From the IMG/VR virus record IMGVR_UViG_3300045988_070092: 34,706 bases of DNA, one strand, 5' to 3'. Below are positions 15,454 to 22,697 of this stretch, in pieces. The notes below the pieces were generated by a model that was not told the DNA's origin, did no database searches, and saw only the letters and a list, made by a program, of their open reading frames with translations. Position numbers and translations under genes: made by a program. The first letter of the stretch is position 1; every line of letters begins with the position of its first letter. Origin of the DNA: a virus.

Positions 15454-15606
15454 TTATTTTTCTGCCTGCTGGTTGTCTTCCGGCAGATCTTTTAATATTT
15501 TCAGAACTTCCGGTAATATAGCCACTTCTTGTGGGTGTATATCTCCATCTCCATTTAATGTTCGAATTGCAAAATTTTCCATTGTTTCAACAATCTTTTT
15601 ATCCAT
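15454..15606 (-). CDS. Small ORF (50 aa)
   Basis: ATG 15606 follows GGAGAGGTAAGGAAG. Hand translation: MDKKIVETMENFAIRTLNGDGDIHPQEVAILPEVLKILKDLPEDNQQAEK. Confidence 0.5.
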   Translation of the reverse strand: MDKKIVETMENFAIRTLNGDGDIHPQEVAILPEVLKILKDLPEDNQQAEK

Positions 15607-15611
15607 CTTCC

Positions 15612-15812
15612 TTACCTCTCCATCTGTGTTGTATTTGTATTAAAGTTTTCGAGTAACTCTTTAATTTCATTTCTGAATCCCTTAATACTTTCTACCAGCT
15701 CTTCATCATCATTTAGTTTTTCTTCTATATATTTTTTTATAGTTAGCTGTTCTTTTTCGAGAGCAGCTACTTTTCCCCTTAATTCATTCCATTCTTTTTC
15801 TGGAATCTCCAT
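15612..15812 (-). CDS. Small coiled-coil protein
   Basis: I start at MEIPEKEW after AAGGAGGCGAGGAAG. Confidence 0.6.
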   Translation of the reverse strand: MEIPEKEWNELRGKVAALEKEQLTIKKYIEEKLNDDEELVESIKGFRNEIKELLENFNTNTTQMER

Positions 15813-15835
15813 CTTCCTCGCCTCCTTATGTTTTA

Positions 15836-15864
15836 TTGACATTTTTCTCCGCTTCTCCTATCCT
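15836..15864 (+). promoter_or_regulatory. Sigma70-type promoter TTGACA-N17-TATCCT for 15918-16103
   Basis: -35 at 15836-15841 and -10 at 15859-15864, followed by the conserved box TTTAATTACAAG. Paralogous to 16472-16512. Confidence 0.6.
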
Positions 15865-15917
15865 TTAATTACAAGCTCTGGCCGGAGCCTAGTTTTTGAA
15901 GAAAGGAGATATATTGC

Positions 15918-16103
15918 ATGTTTAAAGACGTAAGTGTAGAACAGCGTACACACGATTTAGCCTTACAGGCTACCATCCTTTACTATCAGCAGCACGATAT
16001 TTCTGTTGACGAATCTAATGCCTGGGATTTTGTAATGAAATATCGCAGTCTGTTAAAACCTATTCGCAATTGTGTTGAAGAAGGTCGCACTGATCTTCAG
16101 TAA
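15918..16103 (+). CDS. Hypothetical 61-aa protein (plus strand)
   Basis: SD AAAGGAGATATATTGC precedes the ATG. Its 3' end overlaps the convergent 16060-16284 by 44 nt. Confidence 0.6.
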   Translation: MFKDVSVEQRTHDLALQATILYYQQHDISVDESNAWDFVMKYRSLLKPIRNCVEEGRTDLQ

Positions 16104-16284
16104 TCGTGGTCTGAATCTGTACATTTGCTACAATCTTTTTTATTTCTTCTTCTGCAAATGTGCCAATCATCAAGAACTGTTGTACTGTGAAGTTTTTCTT
16201 TGAACATTCTTTTAGGAAGTTTCGAAAAGCCTCCAGTGCATCAGTTCTTTTTTGTTCATATTCTTCAAATGTTTGTTTTTCCAT
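16060..16284 (-). CDS. Hypothetical protein
   Basis: I start at MEKQTFEEY after AAGGAGGCGAGGTGAAGAAG. Confidence 0.6.
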   Translation of the reverse strand: MEKQTFEEYEQKRTDALEAFRNFLKECSKKNFTVQQFLMIGTFAEEEIKKIVANVQIQTTITEDQCDLLQHNCE

Positions 16285-16302
16285 CTTCTTCACCTCGCCT
16301 CC

Positions 16303-16452
16303 TTATGCGCTCTTATCTTCTTTCTCACGTTCGCTTTCGCGAACAATGCTCATTCCTTCAGCTACTCCAAGAAGCCTCTCTTTCTTTGTGTCTGGTAGCT
16401 TCGGAACTATCTCTGATAACTTCTGTAGTATTTCTCTTTCTTTTTCAGACAT
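16303..16452 (-). CDS. Small ORF (49 aa)
   Basis: ATG 16452 follows GTGAGGCGAAAAAA. Hand translation: MSEKEREILQKLSEIVPKLPDTKKERLLGVAEGMSIVRESEREKEDKSA. Confidence 0.5.
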   Translation of the reverse strand: MSEKEREILQKLSEIVPKLPDTKKERLLGVAEGMSIVRESEREKEDKSA

Positions 16453-16471
16453 TTTTTTCGCCTCACTTTCA

Positions 16472-16500
16472 TTGACTTTTTGTTTTTTCTCTCTTATCCT
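16472..16500 (+). promoter_or_regulatory. Sigma70-type promoter TTGACT-N17-TATCCT for 16545-16874
   Basis: -35 at 16472-16477 and -10 at 16495-16500, followed by TTTTAATTGCAAG. Confidence 0.6.
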
Positions 16501-16544
16501 TTTAATTGCAAGTTCGTTTAAATATAAAGGAAAGTGGTGTGTTT

Positions 16545-16874
16545 ATGTCTACTGATATAAGTCACCGACAATTTGTTCTTCTCAGAAAATTCCAGAATGG
16601 TCATCCTATCATCTCTTCTTTCAGCAAATCTGATAGGGATGATTGTATCTATCTTGTTAAATCTGGTTTTTTAGTTCCAGTCAAAGAATATGTTCATTCT
16701 GATTTTGCCATTGGCGGAGCTCGTCCAGTCCCAACGGTTGTATCGTATTCCACTACCGCTGCAGGTCGCGCTGCTATGTATGATTTCAGAGCCGCTTTCC
16801 ATAAATGGTGGATATCTGTTGTTATTTCTTCCGCCGCTTTTATGGTTTCGTTGCTTGCATTCTTATTTAAGTAA
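16545..16874 (+). CDS. Tail-anchored membrane protein with an N-terminal winged-helix-like region
   Basis: I start at MSTDISHRQF. FVLLRKFQNGHPI...CIYLVKSGFLVPV looks wHTH-like. C-terminal TM helix WWISVVISSAAFMVSLLAFLF. Confidence 0.65.
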   Translation: MSTDISHRQFVLLRKFQNGHPIISSFSKSDRDDCIYLVKSGFLVPVKEYVHSDFAIGGARPVPTVVSYSTTAAGRAAMYDFRAAFHKWWISVVISSAAFMVSLLAFLFK

Positions 16875-16932
16875 AACCATACAGATAATCGTTACTATCT
16901 CCATCTCTTATACATAATATTAAATAAAAGTA

Positions 16933-16965
16933 CAAAAAAAAGCAAGAACCTTTAAAGTTCTTGCT
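16933..16965 (-). terminator. Intrinsic terminator after the tRNA-Lys fragment and XRE gene
   Basis: 9-bp stem agcaagaac/gttcttgct (16941-16949 and 16957-16965), then T8 on the minus strand. Confidence 0.8.
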
Positions 16966-16973
16966 TGTCTACA

Positions 16974-17020
16974 TGAGCGTGCGGGGATTCGAACCCCGGA
17001 CAACTTGATTAAAAGTCACG
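16974..17020 (-). other. 3' fragment (47 nt) of a tRNA-Lys(UUU): anticodon loop, variable loop, T arm and acceptor 3' strand; putative attP core or relic
   Basis: Minus strand: CGTGA-CTTTTAA-TCAAG-TTGTC-CGGGG-TTCGAAT-CCCCG-CACGCTC-A. No D arm or 5' acceptor strand upstream. Confidence 0.7.
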
Positions 17021-17024
17021 TCGT

Positions 17025-17339
17025 TCAAATCCTTGCAAGCGCCGTAATAACGCCGTTTTTCAAGTGTGCTCTGAGACACATTTGAGACATCTTGATTTTA
17101 ATTGATTTTTTCGCTCTTGTCAATAATATTATTTTTTCGTCTTTTCGACCAACCAAATAGTCCAAGCTTACATTAAAATAGTCAGCAATATTAATAAGCA
17201 TACCAATGTCTGGTTGTCTACCTTTTGCCTCATACCCAGCAATTGTTGACCTTGACACACCGAGTTCAAGTCCTAATCCAAATTGAGATAGATCATTCTC
17301 TTTTCTTAGCATTATTAATCTTTTTGAAAATTCTTCCAT
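17025..17339 (-). CDS. XRE-family HTH transcriptional regulator
   Basis: I start at MEEFSKRL. LRKENDLSQFGLGLELGVSRSTIAGYEAKGRQPDIGMLINIADYFNVSLDYLVGR is a classic HTH_3 sequence. Confidence 0.88.
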   Translation of the reverse strand: MEEFSKRLIMLRKENDLSQFGLGLELGVSRSTIAGYEAKGRQPDIGMLINIADYFNVSLDYLVGRKDEKIILLTRAKKSIKIKMSQMCLRAHLKNGVITALARI

Positions 17340-17350
17340 ATATATCACCA

Positions 17351-17404
17351 ATTCTACAATACAGAAAAATGTGTAAAAAGTGAAGTGGTAATATTTTACA
17401 ATAC
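17351..17404. promoter_or_regulatory. Two copies of a 12-mer, ATT(C/T)TACAATAC, 42 bp apart, upstream of the XRE gene; candidate operators
   Basis: Read at 17351-17362 and 17393-17404. Confidence 0.4.
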
Positions 17405-17435
17405 TTCCCAGAGATTTTACCCAAGAAGTAAAAAA

Positions 17436-18773
17436 TTATCTAAATTGAATCGCTTCGATTCTGAGCGCCTGTCCGACCGTTCCCATCGTGGCTACTCCGT
17501 CCGCCTTTGTCCAGTCTGTCCAACCGGAATTCTGAACATGTACGCGATACTCGAAGTCACCTTCGAAGCACAAGCATTCCAGGCGTTTACCCTCGCCTAC
17601 TGTGCCGATAATAGTATCTTTTTTGATGACACCGTAGTCTTCCCATCCGATTCCCTGGATGTGCGCTTTCGCCTTGATTTCCGTGCCAAGTGGATTGATT
17701 TTGAAAGCTTCTAAGCGAAGATTATGGCCGGTGATACCAGCGACGTTCTGACAAGCTTTTTCGCCGATCCAACCATAATCCTGTACGTGTGGATTGACAA
17801 GGAATTTAGCAGCCATGATCTCAATCGCTTCAATTTGCAGTCCCTTTCCTTTTGTGCCCGCCCAGGATCCGTTGAATGTCCAATCTGTCCATCCGATGTT
17901 TTTCTGGTGAACTCTGTAGATATATGGCGTATCCTTACCGGTAATCTTGATTGCTTCGATACGTTTGTTCTGACCTGTGGTGCCAAGGATAGTGTCTTTG
18001 TTGATGTTTTTAAACTCTTTGTCGCCTACATCCTTGATATGCACTACTACGTCTGTTTCTCCGACCGGAATAAGTCGGAACGCTTCGATTCTTCGGTTCT
18101 GTCCGGTCGTTCCAACCATTGCTCCATCGCACTGCCAAGACGCCCAGCCGATTTCGCGCATGTGCGCCTGGTATGAAATTTCTCCAAGGTGACCGGTGGA
18201 ATTTTGTGTAACGCCTCCACTTTTTAATTCTCCGTCGATTGGTTCTTTCTTTGGTGCGGATGCGACAATTCCGAATGCATTTAAAATACCTCTAGCTAAG
18301 TCGTCTGTCTTGGCGTTAAATTTATTCAGGTCTTCTGCGTTGGTGATAAATCCATTTTCTAACAGGCGATAGCTGTATCCTTTTTTAGCTGCTCTTTTTG
18401 CGTTTGCAAGGTCGCTTCGCCCTACAATGCTATTGCTACGTCCCGGGAAAAATGAGGTGATGAAATCCGCGAGCTTATTGTCGTACTGATCTGCTGCAAC
18501 ACCACCTTTGATAATTACATGCCCGCCTTTCGCAGATGCAGATGCACTGTCCATGTGGAGTTCCAGAATTTCATAACTTTTTGGAATGTTGAGTGAACTG
18601 ATTCCCTTGTCTGCGTACCAGTTTCGATTGGTATCCGCAATTGTGACGTTGTTTCCTCCTAATACTGCGAGTCTGGAAGCAAGGTATCTGACTCTCTCTG
18701 CTTCTGTGTATCCGTGCCCTACGGCTCCTGAATCTCCTGCGCCGTGTCCGGCAATGACAAGTAAATGTGCCAT
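17436..18773 (-). CDS. Endolysin: N-acetylmuramoyl-L-alanine amidase (Amidase_3-like) plus six ChW cell-wall-binding repeats
   Basis: N-terminal LLVIAGHGAGDSGAVGHGYTEAE. Six repeats of the type Y..H.q.iGW..W...G...GT.G...R.EA..I. Confidence 0.9.
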   Translation of the reverse strand: MAHLLVIAGHGAGDSGAVGHGYTEAERVRYLASRLAVLGGNNVTIADTNRNWYADKGISSLNIPKSYEILELHMDSASASAKGGHVIIKGGVAADQYDNKLADFITSFFPGRSNSIVGRSDLANAKRAAKKGYSYRLLENGFITNAEDLNKFNAKTDDLARGILNAFGIVASAPKKEPIDGELKSGGVTQNSTGHLGEISYQAHMREIGWASWQCDGAMVGTTGQNRRIEAFRLIPVGETDVVVHIKDVGDKEFKNINKDTILGTTGQNKRIEAIKITGKDTPYIYRVHQKNIGWTDWTFNGSWAGTKGKGLQIEAIEIMAAKFLVNPHVQDYGWIGEKACQNVAGITGHNLRLEAFKINPLGTEIKAKAHIQGIGWEDYGVIKKDTIIGTVGEGKRLECLCFEGDFEYRVHVQNSGWTDWTKADGVATMGTVGQALRIEAIQFR

Positions 18774-18787
18774 GTTATTCTCCTTCC

Positions 18788-18803
18788 TGTGCGACGTCGC
18801 ACA
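18788..18803. promoter_or_regulatory. Perfect 16-bp palindrome TGTGCGACGTCGCACA (copy B), abutting the endolysin SD
   Basis: Read directly, between the holin stop and AGGAAGGAGAATAAC-ATG. Confidence 0.65.
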
Positions 18804-18806
18804 TCA

Positions 18807-19241
18807 CTATTTGCTTTCCGCATCTTCTGGTAATTCTTCTGTCATATCTTCCAAGAATTTCTGAATCCATTTCTTGATTCTTGCCGGGACTGGCAAGCCA
18901 CATAGAGTCATATTCTTTAAAATACTGACCGCTTCGTATAGTATAAATAACAGACAGAAAAATTCACAGATTCCAAGTTTCTGAATTCCCATAATCTGTA
19001 TGTACTTCTCTGGCACCATGCCAAGCATATTAATATGCATGATTACATCTGTTGCCATTAAAAGACAAACTGAGAAAAGCATGGCTGCCTTGCGGATTGC
19101 TCCGTCAATTCCAACACAACTATTAAACTTATGCTCCTTGATTGCCCGGAGGACTCCAAGAAGCGTGTCCAGTGTCACTGCAATCAGCAGAATCCTGATA
19201 AATGAGTTACTTGATAGTAATACTAAAATCTTTTCCATCAT
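18807..19241 (-). CDS. Holin
   Basis: 144 aa. Several TM helices. ..LDTLLGVLRAIKE..S....G..RK.. and ..YEAVSILKNMTLCGLPVP.. are typical of Firmicute phage holins. Lies directly upstream of the endolysin. Confidence 0.85.
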   Translation of the reverse strand: MMEKILVLLSSNSFIRILLIAVTLDTLLGVLRAIKEHKFNSCVGIDGAIRKAAMLFSVCLLMATDVIMHINMLGMVPEKYIQIMGIQKLGICEFFCLLFILYEAVSILKNMTLCGLPVPARIKKWIQKFLEDMTEELPEDAESK

Positions 19242-19267
19242 ATAAATCGTCCTTTCCTTATTTTATG

Positions 19268-19293
19268 GTATAAAAATAAGACCTTACGGTCTT
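19268..19293 (-). terminator. Intrinsic terminator 2 downstream of the moron
   Basis: AAGACC-GTAA-GGTCTT, then ATTTTTAT on the minus strand. Confidence 0.75.
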
Positions 19294-19326
19294 GCTCTGA
19301 TTTCCATGTGTTCACCTCTTTTGCAT

Positions 19327-19351
19327 AGAAAAAGAGAGGCGTTAACCTCTC
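19327..19351 (-). terminator. Intrinsic terminator 1 overlapping the moron stop codon
   Basis: GAGAGG-TTAACG-CCTCTC, then TTTTTCT on the minus strand. Confidence 0.75.
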
Positions 19352-19899
19352 TTGTCTTTCTTTTTCTTGTTCTTTCCTAATAACGGATTGATAATAAGTA
19401 CTCTGGTTACAACAAGTAATATCACAATACAAATTACAACAAATATATTTACTTCTATTATCCCCCAAAATACATCATACATATTTTCTTGCGTAAGCTT
19501 AAAAGTAATATTTGCATTAACTGTTATCAAAGCAAATATGGCAACAAACACAGATATAATAGATATTATATTTGCATACAGCCCATTAACGTTTTTACTA
19601 ACTTCATCATACTTTTCTTCCAAATCATCATATGTATCTTTTGCATTTACAGTCTCTTCTTTTACTACTTTACGTATATTTTCCCAATCGTTAACTGTCG
19701 TATCTTCTTCTATAGAATAATATGTTTTTTCACCATTTTTGGTCTTGAACGAATACACTATTTTCTTATCAATCAAATCATTAAGGCAAATTATACAAGT
19801 AGCTCTTGATATTCCCAACTGTTCCGAAATATTTGTTGATGTCATTGCTGGGCTTGTCTTTAATAACTGTTGGATTTCCTCGCCTATGTCTCTAATCAT
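19342..19899 (-). CDS. Moron gene: winged-helix N-domain, acidic coiled coil, two TM helices and a basic tail
   Basis: 185 aa. ..TSTNISEQLGISRATCIICLNDLIDKKIVYSF... TM helices LYANIISIISVFVAIFALITV and IIEVNIFVVICIVILLVVTRVLII. Visibly AT-rich. Confidence 0.85.
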   Translation of the reverse strand: MIRDIGEEIQQLLKTSPAMTSTNISEQLGISRATCIICLNDLIDKKIVYSFKTKNGEKTYYSIEEDTTVNDWENIRKVVKEETVNAKDTYDDLEEKYDEVSKNVNGLYANIISIISVFVAIFALITVNANITFKLTQENMYDVFWGIIEVNIFVVICIVILLVVTRVLIINPLLGKNKKKKDKRG

Positions 19900-19925
19900 T
19901 TTATACCCACTCCCCTTCCACCACC

Positions 19926-19954
19926 ATTATACAGCAGAAGGAGATGTCTGCCAA
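19926..19954 (-). promoter_or_regulatory. Near-consensus sigma70 promoter TTGGCA-N17-TATAAT (with TG extension) for the moron
   Basis: Minus strand: TTGGCAGACATCTCCTTCTGCTGTATAAT. -35 at 19949-19954 and -10 at 19926-19931. Confidence 0.75.
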
Positions 19955-19956
19955 GA

Positions 19957-21747
19957 TTACTCTCCCAGTATCAACGCCAGCTTCTTAGCTCTAAGGTTGT
20001 CTCCTCCACCGGCAGATACTTCCATATAGCATTCTGCATCATTCTCCACGATTGTTGTTCCGGCATAAGTTACAAGATTCTGGTAGGCTTGAATCTCTTC
20101 TGGTGTGAGGTCGCGCTCGATTGGCTCTGCACGAACATATAATACGTGTGTATCCGTCTGCTCAACAATCTTTTTGAAAGATTCTATTGCCTTTTTGTTA
20201 TCCGATGCATCATCTAAATCACTTGTATGCAATGAAATTGTAATATAGTTACCATTCACTTCTGCATTGCAACCAATTTTTCTCCCTCCCCAGGCGTCAG
20301 CATTATGTTGGCATATAGTAGCTAATGTTTTTGTATTTCCTACATGCGCATATTTCATTAAATGCGCATAAAATCCAGTACCATTACTGACAATATAATT
20401 CACTCCCCAGGTACACCATTCGAGGTTGATATCTTTTAGCGGTAAGTCACATATATTCTGCACATACTTTCCTCGCTTCAAATCCACATAGTCCGCTATC
20501 CACTGCTGACCATTGGCATCGGTGTAGTTGCCGTCTGTGTCTACTGGAATAGCTGGAAGACTTGTTGGCGTGCTGATGGAGAGGGATTGTGGCTCATGGT
20601 ATGGTTCATAGGAAGTGTACCCTCCTTCTTCAATTTGAAAGTTCTTAATTGCAACGCTGCAATTATTACAAGTAATGGTAAAATATATAGAATCCGTTCC
20701 GTCTGGAATTAAAAGTGGAATTTCTACATCTACATATTTCCCTATTTCTTGTTTTATTTCTTCATTTAAAATAATGTTTTCACTATCTTTAAAAACCAAT
20801 ATTCTTGCAGGATCTAATTTTTCAATCTCCATCATTTTTTGCACTGCTTTGTATGATAATGACATTGTGTAAAGTATACCTGATATTACTTTGATTTTTT
20901 CACTGAAGTTAACCCAACCATTAGAATAGTTTGTTGTTCCAGGAGATTCTGCATTCATATTGGTAGGTCTCGCATAAATCGTATTATTTTCAATTTTTTC
21001 AATTTTTAAATATTCGTTGTCACGAATATCGGTTAGCTCAAACAGGTTCTTCCCTCGCACTTCTACGCCAATCTTCCCATCACTGCCAGCGCTTACAATC
21101 TGCTGTGGATAGTCTGGCGATGGGCTTGGTTGCCCGCCAGTGTAAGGCTCCCACGGAATAACTTTATCTCCGATAGACGCCATGAGTCCTTTTATGGTCG
21201 TTGTATACGTGCCATATCCTATTGTTTTTTCGTTTTCCTCGATAATATGAATACGACACTTTACTAGTTTGGCATCTGCTGGTATTGAAACTGTTATAGG
21301 CTTATTCATTCCAAACAAATTCCAAGAAATTGCGCCATCTGGTTTTTTGTAGTTAATATCGCATATCAGCCTCAATGCCTCGCCCGCATCGTTTTCTGCT
21401 GACTCAACACTTGCTGTAATTATTTTCCCTGCCACTTTTGCTGTGTCGAGTTCGATACTTACGTTTCTATACGCACTATTGTCTCCCTCTGCATATACCC
21501 CTTGCGCAGTTATTACATATCCGTCATGTTGAGTTGAGGCTATTTCTCCTGCACTACTGCCTACATTTTTAATATCTAACAACTGCGCTCCTGTGGTACG
21601 CTCCTGCTTGCTCCAGCCAAATACTTTCATCTCATTCATCGGATTATTTTTTAACGTATCCGTCATGATTGCTGGGTTCCCGGAGGCAGATATCTCTGCC
21701 CCGGTTCTGTTCTTGAGGATTTTATATAATAATAAGCTATCCATCAT
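19957..21747 (-). CDS. Large tail fibre / receptor-binding protein (second fibre module)
   Basis: I start at MMDSLLLYKI, coupled to the upstream stop (ATGA). ..GGQPSPSPDYPQQIVSAG...VRGKNLFEL.. is a recurrent fibre motif. The central section is AT-rich. Confidence 0.75.
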   Translation of the reverse strand: MMDSLLLYKILKNRTGAEISASGNPAIMTDTLKNNPMNEMKVFGWSKQERTTGAQLLDIKNVGSSAGEIASTQHDGYVITAQGVYAEGDNSAYRNVSIELDTAKVAGKIITASVESAENDAGEALRLICDINYKKPDGAISWNLFGMNKPITVSIPADAKLVKCRIHIIEENEKTIGYGTYTTTIKGLMASIGDKVIPWEPYTGGQPSPSPDYPQQIVSAGSDGKIGVEVRGKNLFELTDIRDNEYLKIEKIENNTIYARPTNMNAESPGTTNYSNGWVNFSEKIKVISGILYTMSLSYKAVQKMMEIEKLDPARILVFKDSENIILNEEIKQEIGKYVDVEIPLLIPDGTDSIYFTITCNNCSVAIKNFQIEEGGYTSYEPYHEPQSLSISTPTSLPAIPVDTDGNYTDANGQQWIADYVDLKRGKYVQNICDLPLKDINLEWCTWGVNYIVSNGTGFYAHLMKYAHVGNTKTLATICQHNADAWGGRKIGCNAEVNGNYITISLHTSDLDDASDNKKAIESFKKIVEQTDTHVLYVRAEPIERDLTPEEIQAYQNLVTYAGTTIVENDAECYMEVSAGGGDNLRAKKLALILGE

Positions 21748-21968
21748 AACCACGGTCCCCATGTGCCATCATTGGCCATAATGCATACATCACATGCAGT
21801 AGTGTAGCAAATTGACCCTGGTAGAATCTTTCCTTTGAATGTGTCTCCCAAACTTGCTCGTTTCCACTCTACTTCTGTCGGAAGAGTGTCTTCCTTGGAA
21901 TCCGCAAGAAATTTTCCAAGAATTCCCTCTCCCACTTCTGCCTTTTTTGCTTTGATTAGTGATACCAT
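21744..21968 (-). CDS. Small tail-module protein
   Basis: 74-aa ORF, translationally coupled to the fibre gene. Confidence 0.6.
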   Translation of the reverse strand: MVSLIKAKKAEVGEGILGKFLADSKEDTLPTEVEWKRASLGDTFKGKILPGSICYTTACDVCIMANDGTWGPWL

Positions 21969-21980
21969 AGATTGCGCCTC

Positions 21981-22160
21981 CTAGTCCACGATAACCTCAT
22001 CGTAACCATCAGTTTTTAATATAGTGTCAACATCGTCTTTCCATCTCTTGTATAATCGCGTCTTCACAAAATATGCGCGGTATTTCTTCTGTCCTGCCTC
22101 AACGCTTTTCTCTGCTTCTTCTATAATTCTTCTTGCAATAAATGTAGTCATATCATTCAT
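21981..22160 (-). CDS. Small conserved phage protein (59 aa)
   Basis: I start at MNDMTTFIARRIIEE, downstream of the 22177 stop and the AGGAAAGGAAAAGAAAGG SD. Confidence 0.6.
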   Translation of the reverse strand: MNDMTTFIARRIIEEAEKSVEAGQKKYRAYFVKTRLYKRWKDDVDTILKTDGYDEVIVD

Positions 22161-22176
22161 CCTTTCTTTTCCTTTC

Positions 22177-22623
22177 CTATTTTGTATCCGTGTTTTCTGT
22201 ATCAGTTTCTTCTGTGCCATCACCGAGCAGTGCCGGCAGCACGTCTGTGAGGATACTGTCTATGGTGGCGGTAAGCTCTGCATTTTCAGCCTCACGGCTT
22301 TTGTCAGCTTCCGTTAGATTGTCCACACGCTCTTCCAGTACACCAATACGATCCATTGGTGATTCTTTTTCCCGGTACATCACTACGCCCAGGATTCCAG
22401 CCGTATATTTTACTACGGCATTTAAATCCGTGTAATTCTCGTATTCTGCAATGGTGGACTCCCGCTCTGTCGCGGTCATCTTCTTGGTTTTGAAGGCATC
22501 TTGGAACATGGTTCGAAGTTCCTCTTCCGTTGCTGATATTGTCTTAATTAGTAGACTTCCATCTGCACGGATCGATGCGGACTGGATTGTCAGTTCCGTC
22601 GCATCGTTAAATGTAATCTTCAT
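22177..22623 (-). CDS. Tail-module protein with a C-terminal coiled coil and an acidic tail
   Basis: I start at MKITFNDATEL after GAAAGGAGTAAAAAA. The track's extension to 22713 crosses a terminator. Confidence 0.65.
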   Translation of the reverse strand: MKITFNDATELTIQSASIRADGSLLIKTISATEEELRTMFQDAFKTKKMTATERESTIAEYENYTDLNAVVKYTAGILGVVMYREKESPMDRIGVLEERVDNLTEADKSREAENAELTATIDSILTDVLPALLGDGTEETDTENTDTK

Positions 22624-22638
22624 TTTTTTACTCCTTTC

Positions 22639-22654
22639 TGTGCGATGTCGCACA
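22639..22654. promoter_or_regulatory. Palindrome copy C (minus strand: TGTGCGACATCGCACA), abutting the SD of 22177-22623
   Basis: 15/16 match to copy B. Lies directly after the terminator at 22655-22678. Confidence 0.6.
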
Positions 22655-22678
22655 ATATAAAAAGAGCCTTTCGGCTCT
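22655..22678 (-). terminator. Intrinsic terminator ending the first tail operon
   Basis: AGAGCC-GAAA-GGCTCT, then TTTTTATATT on the minus strand. Confidence 0.8.
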
Positions 22679-22697
22679 GGTTGACGGGTTTCTATAT

